Under the pieces are notes generated by a model. It ran no database searches. It saw only the letters and a program-made list of their open reading frames with translations, and was not told where the DNA came from. The position numbers and the translations under genes are program-made. Shown one piece after another: positions 12,479 to 25,001 of a stretch of 64,000 nt of DNA (position 1 is the first letter of the stretch; each line of letters begins with the position of its first letter). The DNA is taken from NCBI GenBank assembly GCA_951406725.2, contig OX597837.1, positions 25,916,001 to 25,980,000 of the forward strand. The letters run 5' to 3'. Source of the DNA: Octopus vulgaris (Eukaryota).

Positions 12479-12919
12479 TGGAGTGTTTCTTGAAGAAAAA
12501 TTAAATTCTAAAAAAGATGTTTCCCAGATTTGTAATCTCTGTATTTTTCTACATGGACAAAAAAAAAAAAAACAATTTGTAAAGAATTTACAAGTTAAGA
12601 AATTGCAGTGGAGATGGGGGAAACTAAACTTTCGAAAACAGAGTGTAATTTCTGGGGCCAAAATCGTATTAACCTCCTATTTATACAACGAAACAATACA
12701 TAGTTTGTGATCCTTCTTAGGAACAGAAAGCACTTTCATGCAAACCCATGCAAATTGTATCCTCCCCCACTTCACTTTCAAACAGACAATAACTTCCATT
12801 ACGTCAATAATCCAGTTCACTAAATATCAGTTGTACTGATTCTGCCCTTAAGAAAGGAACTAATGATACAATATGGCTGGAGGTCATAACACCTGGGCAA
12901 TGTCAAGATGCATTGCTAG

Positions 12920-12930
12920 TATAATACATA

Positions 12931-12978
<48 letters not shown>

Positions 12979-13444
12979 TACACATACATATATACATAAT
13001 ATATGCATATATATAATATATATACATAATATATACACATATACATATACATAATATACACATATACATATATATATATATATACATAATATACACATAT
13101 ACATATATATATATATATACATAATATTCACATATACATATATATATATATATATACATAATATTCACATATACATATATATATATATATATATACATAA
13201 TATACATATATACATATATATATATATATACATAACATACACATATACATAATATACACATATACATATATACATAATATACACATAACATACACATATA
13301 TATATATACATAATATACACATGTACATATATATATACATAATATACACATATACATATATATATATATACATAATATACACATGTACATATATATATAC
13401 ATAATATACACATATACATATATATATACATAATATACACATAC

Positions 13445-13497
<53 letters not shown>

Positions 13498-13620
13498 ATA
13501 TACATACATATATATATATACATAATATACATACATATATATATCTATATACACACACAATATATATATATCTATATACAAACACAATATATATATACAT
13601 ATATATATATATACAATATA
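12920..13620. repeat. compound TA-rich microsatellite/minisatellite
   Basis: (TA)n with recurring cataatatacacatatac units. Confidence 0.9.
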
Positions 13621-13879
13621 TCCAGTAGGTTGGTTATTGAGCCTTTGCAACATTCTGCTATTGTTTATGCGATGCATAAGCTGCTCCAAATTAGCAGAGT
13701 TGGCATAGGATACCGCCACAGTGTGTCGGTTAAAAATAGTATGATACCGATTAGATTTCGGAAAACACTTGTCCAAAGCAGCAAAATATTTTCCAGTGAT
13801 CTTGGTTGAAACATGCGAACCGAAAATTGGGTTGAACCAGAGAACATCCTGATTCCTATATCTGTTGTCAGGCTTGTTT

Positions 13880-13884
<5 letters not shown>
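13621..13884 (-). pseudogene. Penelope-like element ORF fragment (region between RT and GIY-YIG)
   Basis: VLWFNPIFGSHVSTKITGKYFAALDKCFPKSNRYHTIFNRHTVAVSY matches the PLE motif WFNPP..V.T.IG..F..L.DK.FP....IFNR.TVK.SY; bounded by (TA)n. Confidence 0.75.
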
Positions 13885-13914
<30 letters not shown>

Positions 13915-13915
<1 letters not shown>

Positions 13916-14408
13916 CGGGTGAATGAATTATCCTATGTTTACTGTCAACATGGAAAATTCGATGAACCGATACCAGGGTAGCAAATTCACGTCAGAAACA
14001 CGGTTGAAGCGACCTATCCAAAGGTAGAAACTCTGGGTTCGTGTGCAGAAATTTGTGTGTTATATATGAATAAATAAATAAATGGAGTAGAACGAAGATG
14101 TTAATAAAATTCCTTTACTTTCGACATATGTTTCGAAGACAACATGGTTTTATTCCAAAGGAATAAACGGTCTAAGATGCAATCTTCTCATCAGGAAAGA
14201 AAGGGAGCCTCTCTCAACAACAAGACAATATAATAATTATGATGACTGCCTACATGATAAACAAAACGTTAATAAGTGATGAGAAGATTGCATCTTACAC
14301 CATTTATTCCTTTGGAATAAAACCATGTTGTCTTCGAAACATATGTCGAAAGCAAAGGAATTTTATTAACATCTTCGTTCAACTCCATTTATTTATTTAT
14401 TCATATAT
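13915..14408 (-). mobile_element. fold-back PLE-type element (133-bp inverted arms, 83-bp spacer, one-sided tail)
   Basis: 14061-14193 is the near-perfect reverse complement of 14277-14408; flanked by (TA)n. Confidence 0.8.
14118..14199 (-). ncRNA. minimal type-I hammerhead ribozyme
   Basis: Minus strand: ctttc CTGATGA gaagat...gtcttc GAAA c-atat-g TC gaaag; full core, stem I ctttc/gaaag, GUC cleavage triplet. Confidence 0.85.
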
Positions 14409-14489
14409 ATATATATACCAGCCACCCTGTTGGAATACAGACAAGTGAATGAACCAGTGGATTTCTTTGCTGCTTTACCTATAACCAGA

Positions 14490-14830
14490 ATGGCTGGTTA
14501 TGATGGATTACATCGACATTAGTGAAGAAGATATACTACTAGCCATAAATGAGGTGGATGCAATCTCAACTGCTGGTCCTGATATTTTCCCAGCAATGCT
14601 CCTCAAATTGTGCCCTGGTGAAACCACTATAGATTCTCTTCAGGAGCTTTCTTGCAAATTGCAGGCTGCCAAGCAGAGTGAAGGAGGGAATAATATGCCC
14701 AATCAATAAAGGGGGAAGCAGAGCAGATACCAAAAACTATAGGCCTATCTCTCTGACTTCACACATCAACAAAGTCACGGAACGGATAGTTAGAGGGAAA
14801 CTAACCATATTCCTTGAAGAAAACCACTAC
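14490..14830 (+). pseudogene. non-LTR retrotransposon reverse transcriptase N-terminal fragment (frameshifted)
   Basis: ISEEDILLAINE..STAGPDIFPAMLLK then ICPINKGGSRADTKNYRPISLTSHINKVTERIV, the classic NYRPISL RT motif. Confidence 0.85.
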
Positions 14831-14974
14831 TTCCAAACACATTTAGCCTATGTACAACAGTATTCAATCTAAATATAAGCAGGATTAAACATTAACTTTA
14901 AAATTAAACTACGTAAATCTATGTACATCTGTATCTGTATTATAATAGTAAACCTGCAATAATTAAATTATATA

Positions 14975-15461
14975 CTATATACATATATATATTTGATATA
15001 TATATATATATATATATACATATATATATAATACATATATGTTATACATATACATATTTGATATATATATATAATACATATATATTATACATATACATAT
15101 TTGATATATATATATATAATACATATATATTATACATATACATATTTGATATATATATATATATAATACATATATATTATACATATACATATTTGATATA
15201 TATATATATAATACATATATATTATACATATACATATTTGATATATATATATATAATACATATATATTATACATATACATATTTGATATATATATATATA
15301 TAATACATATATATTATACATATACATATTTGATATATATATATATAATACATATATATTATACATATACATATTTGATATATATATATATAATACATAT
15401 ATATTATACATATACATATTTGATATATATATATATATAATACATATATATTATACATATT

Positions 15462-15496
<35 letters not shown>
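14975..15496. repeat. ~40-bp TA-rich minisatellite
   Basis: Repeating taatacatatatattatacatatacatatttga(ta)n units. Confidence 0.9.
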
Positions 15497-15500
<4 letters not shown>

Positions 15501-15686
15501 CGTATATTTGCCATTTTAATATGGCTAACCCCTAAGGGTGGATGCTACTGTAGTTTGTAGCCCCAGGAGAACAAACTAGAAACTACAGTAGCATCCACCC
15601 TTAGGGGTTAGCCATATTTAAATGGCAAATATACGTCACGATGTGTTGTAGCTACTGTTTATAACTCGCTCTAAGATATATTATTG

Positions 15687-15689
<3 letters not shown>
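15497..15689. mobile_element. small fold-back element in (TA)n
   Basis: ~64-bp inverted arms 15497-15560 / 15576-15639 plus 50-bp tail. Confidence 0.7.
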
Positions 15690-15732
<43 letters not shown>

Positions 15733-16056
15733 ATACATATATATAATATATACATATATATATATTTAAACAAGCATTTAAACACAGCATTTAAACAAGA
15801 TGATCCACATTTTTCATATTATTGAATGTTGTGAACGTTTAAATCATATTTGGTATTATTGAATCTTGTAAAAATTGAACCTTTTAAACATTTTCCTACC
15901 TCGCTATATAAAATTTTTACCATTGATAAACAAAAAAATATTGTCAAAACTGTAAATAAATTTATTTAAAAACAATTTTTCAAATTCAGGAGCATTTTCA
16001 ACAAATTTTCCTATACTTTTTCTTGCATGGAAATACACCCCCTCTTTTGTTAAATA

Positions 16057-16099
<43 letters not shown>

Positions 16100-16726
16100 C
16101 AGTTGCGGCCAAAATGTCCAGAACGGCATTGTTTTCGCCAGAAAAGTAGGTATAAGTTTTTATCAAAGTTGTTTTATGTTCTATAATTTTCACAGACAAT
16201 AAATTTTAAATCTGTCCTTTTTAACCAACTTTACCATAGCACAATCTTCTCTCTTGGCTTACCTGTAGACTTTCTTGCTTCACATGAACCACAATCATCG
16301 AAGACCTTAAGAATACCGTGAACAACACTTTTTGACTTGTTAACAATCTTTGCAATAGACCCAATACTTAAATTATCCTTCTTTCGAAGCTTAATAATCT
16401 GCTGACGAATTGGTAACGGAGTAAGTGGCATTATATTAACGAAGTACACTGCAGATATTCTTACTAATGTTTAGTAAACGAACCATCACATAAACAAATT
16501 CAAAACAACCGTTCTGATCATTTTGGCCGCCATGGGTTTTGCAGTAAATCACTAAATCATCCATAACTTTTGTATTATCCTCTCAAATTACACTAAAATC
16601 TCAGACAATAACAATTAATATCGTATTTATTGTCTGTGAAAATTATAGAATATAAAACAACTTTGATAAAAACTTATACCTACTTTCCTGGCGAAAACAA
16701 TGCCGTTCTGAACATTTTGGCTGCAA

Positions 16727-16729
<3 letters not shown>
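16100..16729 (-). mobile_element. internally deleted Tc1-family DNA transposon
   Basis: ~105-bp TIRs cagttgcggccaaaatg.../...cattttggctgcaactg, TA TSD; ORF 16231-16431 (-) MPLTPLPIRQQIIKL...SIAKIVNKSKSVVHGILK...STGKPR = paired-like HTH with GRPR-type motif. Confidence 0.9.
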
Positions 16730-16772
<43 letters not shown>

Positions 16773-17990
16773 GGAGAGTTTACGAAAACAACAAAAGACG
16801 AAGACAAGTGGTGTACAAAACAAACAGATGTATTAGTATAATGCTCAGGAATAGAAAAAGTCTTTTACGTTTTGAGCCTACGCTCTTCTACAGAAAGGGA
16901 CACAGAAAAAAAACAAGGAGAGAAAAAATGTGTGTAGTGGCTAACGATCTATCATATCTCACTCTATTTATCTACCCTAGTAAATTAATTATTCAAGAGT
17001 AAATGCTACAGTGGTGATACATAAACAGAGTAGGAAGATTGGATTTGTACACCATTAACACCTCCCTATGTTTTGAAACAACAATCAGGGAAAAGATTTA
17101 GGAAAATATTAGATTAAACAGAATAATCAACTTACACACACACACACACACAAACAAACACACACACAAATACACGCATACACAAATACACTAACTATAC
17201 ACATGCACACATTCACGGATGACAACAATAGCCAACCTGCATGCCGCCAGTGAGCTCGCAAAAAATAGCAGCCAAAACTCTCTCAAATTACACTGTACCA
17301 TCTTAAAACTAGGACATAATGAATGGTGTTATTCTGAGCGTGCTGTGCAAGAAAAGACAGGATGGTCATGGCAGGAAGGTCTTTGATTACAGGTCTATGT
17401 GGTTAGGACTGAGCTAAACATTAATTGCAACAACAACAACAACAACGCTGCCACCGCCACCACCACCGCCACCACCACCGCCACCGCCACCACCACCACC
17501 GTCACCACCACCACCACCGTCACCACCACCACCACCACCACTACTACTACCACCACCAGTTGCCACTATTGTCAAAAGTAATAGGTACGTTATTTCTTTG
17601 CAAATATATTTTACGCACACACAAAAAATAAAAATATTTGATTTAATTTGTTTTTTTAGAAAATAAAATGGAGAGAAAAAAAAAAGAAATAAAAAGAAAG
17701 GGATTTGAAAAATCTATGAATTCTCCATAAAAATCTTCAAAGTTTGAAGATAATGGTGTACGTGTGAGGCTGGGAACAATCTATAAAAAAAAAAAACCCA
17801 GCAAAAATATGTTAGTGTTATGATGTTGGTGTGTTTTTATAGCTAGGCTTTCTAAGCAATAAAGTTGTGTTTATATGGAAACAAAAGCTAAAGCTGCTAA
17901 GAACTGGTAAATATGGCAACAGAATCAAAGACAGAAATAAAGGAAGTTTACTGAATGAGTATAGTTTCACCTCTTGGGTGATCCGGAGCA

Positions 17991-18443
17991 AAGATTGTGA
18001 CATTCAACTCTTGAGACCTCAGCAAAGTCAGAGACTGAGAAACATTAAGATTGTGACATTCAACTCTTGAGACCTCAGCAAAGTCAGAGACTGAGAAACA
18101 TTAAGATTGTGACATTCAACTCTTGAGACCTCAGCAAAGTCAGAGACTGAGAAACATTAAGATTGTGACATTCAACTCTTGAGACCTCAGCAAAGTCAGA
18201 AACTGAGAAACATTAAGATTGTGACATTCAACTCTTGAGACCTCAGCAAAGTCAGAGACTGAGAAACATTAAGATTGTGACATTCAACTCTTGAGACCTC
18301 AGCAAAGTCAGAGACTGAGAAACATTAAGATTGTGACATTCAACTCTTGAGACCTCAGCAAAGTCAGAGACTGAGAAACATTAAGATTGTGACATTCAAC
18401 TCTTGAGACCTCAGCAAAGTCAGAGACTGAGAAACATTAAGAT
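17991..18443. repeat. 56-bp tandem repeat, 8 near-identical copies
   Basis: Unit aagattgtgacattcaactcttgagacctcagcaaagtcagagactgagaaacatt; one substitution seen at 18201. Confidence 0.95.
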
Positions 18444-19274
18444 AACGCTGCAGCTTAATTAAAGATTTTGGTTTTTGGGAAAACAGTGATATTTTTAAAG
18501 AACAGCAAAAGGCAGAAAAGATGAAATCTTCAAGTGAACGAAAAGGTCAAATAGCTGGAGTGGTGATGGTAGTGATGAAGGTGGTGGTGTTGGCAGTGGT
18601 GGTGATTGTGGCTGGTGTTGGTGATGATGGTAGTGGTGGAGATGGTAGTAGTTGTGATGGTGGCGGTGGGAGCAATGATGATGGTGATAACAGTGGTGCT
18701 GGAAGTCTGTGAATGGACATTGAAATCTCTGATAATCCTAAATCAGGAAAAGCTATCAAGCAACAACAATGGTTAGTTTTGGCAGCAATAAATCACAGAA
18801 TGAAAGTTTGGTCTGATTAAATTCAATTTATTGTCCAAGAAAGACTAAGCTGAAAGTTAGCAACGCAATAAATATTAGGGGGTCACACATCTCTCACAAA
18901 GGAACAAAGGTTTGATAACTGGGAAATTAGGGCAGCAGAATTTTTATCTGAGTCATGACAACATTGCATAGAATGGCTGGCAGTATTAGTTGTAGGTCTC
19001 TGTGTACTGAGTTCAAATCTCACTGAGGCCAACTTAATAAAGTACCAGTTAAATACAGGAGATCAATTCATTTTTTCCATGTCTCCCCTCCTCTCTGGAA
19101 GAACATAGCCATGTTCAGACTGGTATAAGGATGAGTTCTGTCAAGTTTAAAATGCCCCATACACAGTGTATGTGATAACAGCAATCTCTACATGACCCTC
19201 ATGATAGAGAAGTGTGATTTGAGGAAAGCTTGGCTGCTGTTTCTAGCAGGCTGAAAGACCACTTAGAGGAACAT

Positions 19275-19495
19275 TTAACCCTTTCGTTACCAATCCGGCT
19301 GAACCTGGCTCTGGTTCTGAGTACAAATGTCTTGTTTTCATAAGTTTTGAATGAAAATCTTCCACCAAACCTTAGTCACAATTTATGTTTATAACACTAG
19401 CTTAATGAGAACTAATTTATTTTACTAAATTCTCTGTTAAGTAATTGAAAGAAACACAGAGCATCTCAAAATAAATACAGTAACGAAAGTGTTAA
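19275..19495. mobile_element. piggyBac-type MITE family P2
   Basis: ttaa-ccctttcgttac ... gtaacgaaagtg-ttaa; three more copies at 37975-38687. Confidence 0.85.
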
Positions 19496-20359
19496 GTGGT
19501 TTGAAATTGAACTCCCAGCCTCCTGCCAACCCACGTTGTCATGTAGGTAGTGTGATATTTTGGTTTTCAAGCTGGGTGGTCTCCTTATAAGCAACTGCTT
19601 TACAACAAAGATTAGATGAATTTGAACTCAGAACGTAAAGATGGATGAAATACCACAAGGCATTTTGCCTGAGATGCCAATGTTTCTACCAGCCTGTTGC
19701 CCTAAGAATAATAGCCCTGATGCAGTACCAGGCAGCGGCTCTCGTGGATTCTGATCTTAACTGATTGGAAGTGTTATCGCATATATATATATATATTTCG
19801 TCTTTATTTTATTGATTCTGAAAGGATGAAAGCCAAAATCGGTCTCGGTAGAATTTGAACTCTGATCTGATTATAGGGATGGATGAAATGCCACTGAGCA
19901 TTTTTCCCGGTGTGTTAACAATTCTGCCACTTTGCCACCCTGATAAAATAATTTTCAGGCACAAGGCCTGAAATTTTGGGGTGGGGGTGGGGGTGGGGGT
20001 GGGGGTGGAGAATAGTCAATTACATTGACTCCAGTGTTTCACTGGTACTTAATTTATTGACCCTGAAAGGATGAAAGGCAAAATCAACCTCGGTGGAATT
20101 TGAACTTGGAACATAGAGATGGACAAAATACTGCTAAGCATTTTGCCCAGCGTGCTAATGGTTCTCCCAGCTCACTACCACCATAATAATAATAATAATT
20201 ATAGTAATAATAATAATAATAATGATAATGGTTTTAAATTTTTCTACAAGGGCAGCAATTTTGAGGGAGAGTTGATTACATTGACCCCAGTGTTCAACTG
20301 GTGCTTAATTTATCGACCCCAGAAGGATGAAAGGCAAAGTCAACCTTGCAATATGATTT

Positions 20360-20900
20360 AGCACCAGGCAGTGGCTCTCATGGCTTCTGATCTTAACTGA
20401 TTGGAAGTGTTATGTATATGTTTTGTCTTGGTATAAAAGATGGGCTACAACAAATATTCTGCTCAATACCACAGATTTGCTTGTCAGCTGCTCGACCTAA
20501 ACCAGTTGAGCATGTCCCTTAGTAGCTGACGATATGTGTATCTCTGATCACAAGACGTAATGGGGGAGCATCATAATCAGGTACTGAGAGGAATTCTTTG
20601 GAGTTTGAATAATTCACCTTTGGAAACAGGAGGGTTTTGTTCATCATCCTTATTCAAGGGCCTACTGAGCAGGATGGGCAACTCTACCTGAAGAAAATTC
20701 TAACTGGGCCTCACCTGTAAGGTCATGTGTTGTTTATCTTGATATGAGATCACCATGTCATGCACATGTGGTTGTGATGCATGTGCCTGGTGTACCCTTA
20801 TCAGACGGGTAGTCATAATAAGTATATTGGGCTTCGTATATTTGTACCACAGAGTCACTTTGATGGCATGCACTGCTCTCTCACTCAATAATAATAATAA
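20360..20900 (+). mobile_element. interspersed repeat family E ending in (AAT)n (probable retroposon 3' end)
   Basis: Shared with 21900-22250, 19712-19780 and 28540-28730; constant 3' end ctgctctctcactcaataataat, variable 5' ends. Confidence 0.7.
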
Positions 20901-21233
20901 TGATGATGGACTCACTCATTGAAGTTGACATATGAGTGTTCAGCTTTTGCTGAATGACCAGCAGAAATGATTTGTTTATTGGTATCAAATGCTCATGCTG
21001 CACATTACCTTGCTCTCTCCACCAAATGAACATTGTCTGAACAGGTGCACAGTGAACCATGCATCAGGTGTCGAAGTGATCGCAGAGTAGCGTGAGAGGA
21101 GGTGTTTTGCTCAAGAACACAACGCACCACCCGGCCTAGGAATTGAAATCACCATCTAGCAATTGCAACACCCTAACCACTAGGGATGCCCCTAATAATA
21201 ATAATAATAATAATAATAATAGTAATAATAATA

Positions 21234-21390
21234 ATCATCATCATCATCATCATCGTTTAACGTCTGCTTTCCATGCTAGCATGGGTTGGACGGTTCGACC
21301 GGGGTCTGGGAAGCCAGAAGGCTGCACCAGGCTCCAGTCAGATCTGGCAGAATTTCTACAGATGGATGCCCTTCCTAACACCAACCACTC
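21234..21390 (-). mobile_element. family C repeat, 5'-truncated
   Basis: (CAT)n cgtttaacgtctgctttccatgctagcatgggttggacgg. Confidence 0.75.
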
Positions 21391-21856
21391 AGATTACAAG
21401 ATTATGTAAAATAAAAATTAGATAAATTTTACCTCATATAAATAAATCTGGTCACTGGGAGGGTTTTTTTTTTGCTATTTGTATAAGAAACACTATGAAT
21501 GATGGAATAAACAGAAAATAATAATAACAATAATCCTTTCTACTAAAGGCACAAGGCCTGAAATTTTGGGGGAGGAGGCAAATCAATTACATTGACCCCA
21601 GTGGTTAAACTGGAACTTATTTCATTGGCCCCCAAAAAGATGAAAGGTAAAGTCGACCTCAGTGAAATTTGAACTCAGAATGTAGAGATGACCGAAATGC
21701 AGCTAAGCACCTTGCCCAGCATGCTAACGATTCTCCCAGCACACTGCCGCAATAATAATAATAATGATGATGATGATGATGATGATGATTATAATAATAA
21801 TAGTAATAATAATAATGATAATCATAATAATAATAGTAATGATAATAATAATAATG

Positions 21857-21899
<43 letters not shown>

Positions 21900-22250
21900 G
21901 TGGGGGAGCATCATAGCCATGTGTTGAGAGGGATTCTTTGGGGTTTGAATAGTTCACCTCTCTGGAAACATGGGTGTTCTTTCAACATCCTTAAACAACC
22001 CTTATTCAGGGACCGTTTGAGCAGGATGGGCTACTCAACCTGAAGAAAATTCTAACTGGGCCCCACCTGCAAGGTCATGTGCTGTTTATCTTGATATGAG
22101 ATCACCATGTCGCGCACATATGGTTGTGATGCATGTGCCTGGTGTACCTTTATCAGACGGGTAGTCATGATGGGTATATTGGGCTTCGTATATTTTACTC
22201 CAGTGTCACTTTGATGGCATGAACTGCTCTCTCACTCAATAATAATAATA
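21900..22250 (+). mobile_element. family E repeat between (AAT)n tracts
   Basis: Aligns by eye to 20560-20900. Confidence 0.7.
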
Positions 22251-22312
22251 ATAGTAATAATAATAATGATAATAATAATAATGATAATAATAATAATAAT
22301 AATAATAATAAT

Positions 22313-22360
<48 letters not shown>

Positions 22361-22775
22361 GCAATGTCTGAAATCATTTGCTAAAATTTTACCAGTATTT
22401 TTCCTTGAGAAAGTTTAAACCATTCTCTGTGAGAGTTCTGCCATTTGTGTAATAGTCTGTTTGCTAAATCTTGTAGAAAACATGATAATTCCCTAGAATT
22501 TCATAATGGCGACACAATTCTTTTTTTTTTTTTTTTTCCCCTTTTATGTTTAAAGAGAATTTATATTTGTCAAAATATTTACTCAAACACTTAATGTTAC
22601 ACACCATTTTACATTAAAAGGTTCATTTGAAATTCCTCTTTTTCCTTTTATTCTGTTCTGTTCTTCTTATTTTAGGATACCATTTCAACCAAATTCATTG
22701 ATTCAATTCATTTTCCTTCTGTAAATAACTGAATGTTATTTTGCCTCAGTTGGCAACCAGTTCTTCCTAATCAGT

Positions 22776-23193
22776 ACTCTTTTACTCTTTTACTTGTTTC
22801 AGTCATTTGACTGCAGCCATGCTGGAGCACCGCCTTTAGTCGAGCAAATCGACCCCCGGGACTTATTCTTTGTAAGCCCAGTACTTATTCTATCGGTCTC
22901 TTTTGCCGAACCGCTAAGTGACGGGGACGTAAACACACCAGCATCGGTTGTCAAGCAATGCTAGGGGGACAAACACAGACACACAAACACATACACACAC
23001 ACATATATATGTATATATATACATATATACGACGGGCTTCTTTCAGTTTCTGTCTACCAGATCCACTCACAAGGTATTGGTCGGCCTGGGGCTATAGCAG
23101 ATGACACTTGCCCAAGATGCCACGCAGTGGGACTGAACCCGGAACCATGTGGTTGGTTAGCAAGCTACTTACCACACAGCCACTCCTGCGCCT
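22776..23193 (-). mobile_element. SINE family A
   Basis: Full-length copy. Confidence 0.9.
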
Positions 23194-23525
23194 AGTAGTT
23201 TTACTAGAGAAAGTTTGGCAGAACTGGTGAATGACTAACAGGAATTACTTAAGTCATTTATTTTACTGACCATTAATTTTGGAACAAAAAGACAGAAAGC
23301 GAAACGTTATTTACATACAAGATTACGTAAAATAAAAATTAGATAAATTTTATCTCATATAAATAAATCTGGTCACTGAGAGGGTTTTGTTGTTTTTTTT
23401 TCTATTTGTATACGAAACACTATGAATGATGGAATGAACAGAAAATAAATGTATTTTTGATGCAGATATTGGAAACGGTGAGCAAGATTTTGTTATAGAA
23501 TTAGCACATGAGTCTCAGACACAAA

Positions 23526-23940
23526 TACTCTTTTTACTCTTTTACTTGTTTCAGTCATTTGACTGCGGCCATGCTGGAGCACCGCCTTTAGTCGAGCAAC
23601 TCGACGTCGGGACTTATTCTTTTGTAAGCCCAGTACTTATTCTATCGGTCTCTTTTGCCGAACTGCTAAGTAACGGGGACGTAAACACACCAGCATCGGT
23701 TGTCAAGCAATGCTAGGGGGACAAACACAGACACACAAACATACATACATATACATACATATATATACATATATACGACGGGCTTCTTTCAGTTTCCGTC
23801 TACCGAATCCACTCACAAGGCCTTGGTCGGCCCGAGGCTATAGTAGAAGACACTTGCCCAAGGTGCCACGCAGTGGGACTGAACCTGGAACCATGTGGTT
23901 GGTTAGCAAGCTACTTACCACAGAGCCACTCCTGTGCCTA
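23526..23940 (-). mobile_element. SINE family A
   Basis: Full-length copy. Confidence 0.9.
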
Positions 23941-24170
23941 TACTGTAAAATAAAAAAAAAATATTGGAGACAGAACTGAGTTTACCATTTCTAGTATTTT
24001 GAGATGTGCTAAATTCTTCACCAAGATGTCCCACCCACACAGATCAATTATATAGTGACTTGACCTGCTAAACTAGTAGCCAAAACCTCTTATTGTCTTA
24101 AAAAGAAGGGATGTATAAAAATGATGCTTTCTTAGATATACAGCGTTTGAAGAAAGAAATTAATTAATCA

Positions 24171-24440
24171 CAGGCACAGGAGTGGCTGTGTGGTAAGTAG
24201 CTTGTTTGCCAACCACATGGTTCCGGGTTTGTGTGTCTGTGTTTGTCCCCCTAGCATTGCTTGACAACCGATGCTGGTGTGTTTATGTCCCCATCACTTA
24301 GCTGTTCGGCAAAAGAGACCGATAGAATAAGTACTGGGCTTACAAAGAATAAGTCCCAGAGTCGAGTTGCTCGATTAAAGGCGGTGCTCCAGCATGGCTG
24401 CAGTCAAATGACTGAAACAAGTAAAAGAGTAAAAGAGTAA
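24171..24440 (+). mobile_element. SINE family A with central deletion
   Basis: Head jumps from ccgggtt directly to tgtgtgtctgtgtttgtccc. Confidence 0.85.
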
Positions 24441-24613
24441 AGAGAACTTGTTCCCAAATGAATTGTCTCTGATTGTAAGCTTGCTCAAGGGCCAAGGCTT
24501 CCCTAGACTGCAATAATAACAATAGCAACAATGATACTTACATAATAAACCATCTGCTATAACAATATCAATAACAATAATTAATAGTGACAAAAGCAGT
24601 ATTTATACCTAAA

Positions 24614-24936
24614 ATTTATCCTCACTTAAAAGTGGATGTTTTAGAAGACAGAATATTGTGATAGTTCTCATGAGAGAACCTTTCATATGGACTTGTGGTG
24701 CACATAAGCACTTGTTTTTATATCAATACTCTCTTTTACTCGTTTCAGTTATTTGACAGCGGCCATGCTGGAGCACCGCCTTTAGTCGAGCAAATCGACC
24801 CCAGGATTTATTCTTTGTAAGCCTAGTATTTATTCTATCAATCTCTTTTGCCAAACAGCTAAGTTATGGGGACGCAAACACACCAGCATTGGTTGTCAAA
24901 TGATGTTGGGGAGACAAACACAGACACAAACACACA

Positions 24937-25001
<65 letters not shown>

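Noticed and set aside
16770-16955. Hammerhead-like hairpin gagcgtaggctc on minus strand in a (TA)-adjacent repeat
   Set aside because: Core reads CTGTAGAA and AAAA instead of CTGANGA and GAAA; probably PLE-derived but not callable as a ribozyme
17991-18443. CRISPR-like array
   Set aside because: Head-to-tail identical units with no unique spacers, no cas genes, eukaryotic context
19977-20008. (GGGGGT)n G-quadruplex or telomere-like tract; also poly-G at 40128-40170
   Set aside because: Simple expansion inside a SINE B tail, not TTAGGG; no evidence of function
23710-23979. Recurrent ORFs such as RRASFSFRLPNPLTR and DGLLSVSVYQIHSQGFG seen many times
   Set aside because: Translations of SINE family A, not a gene family
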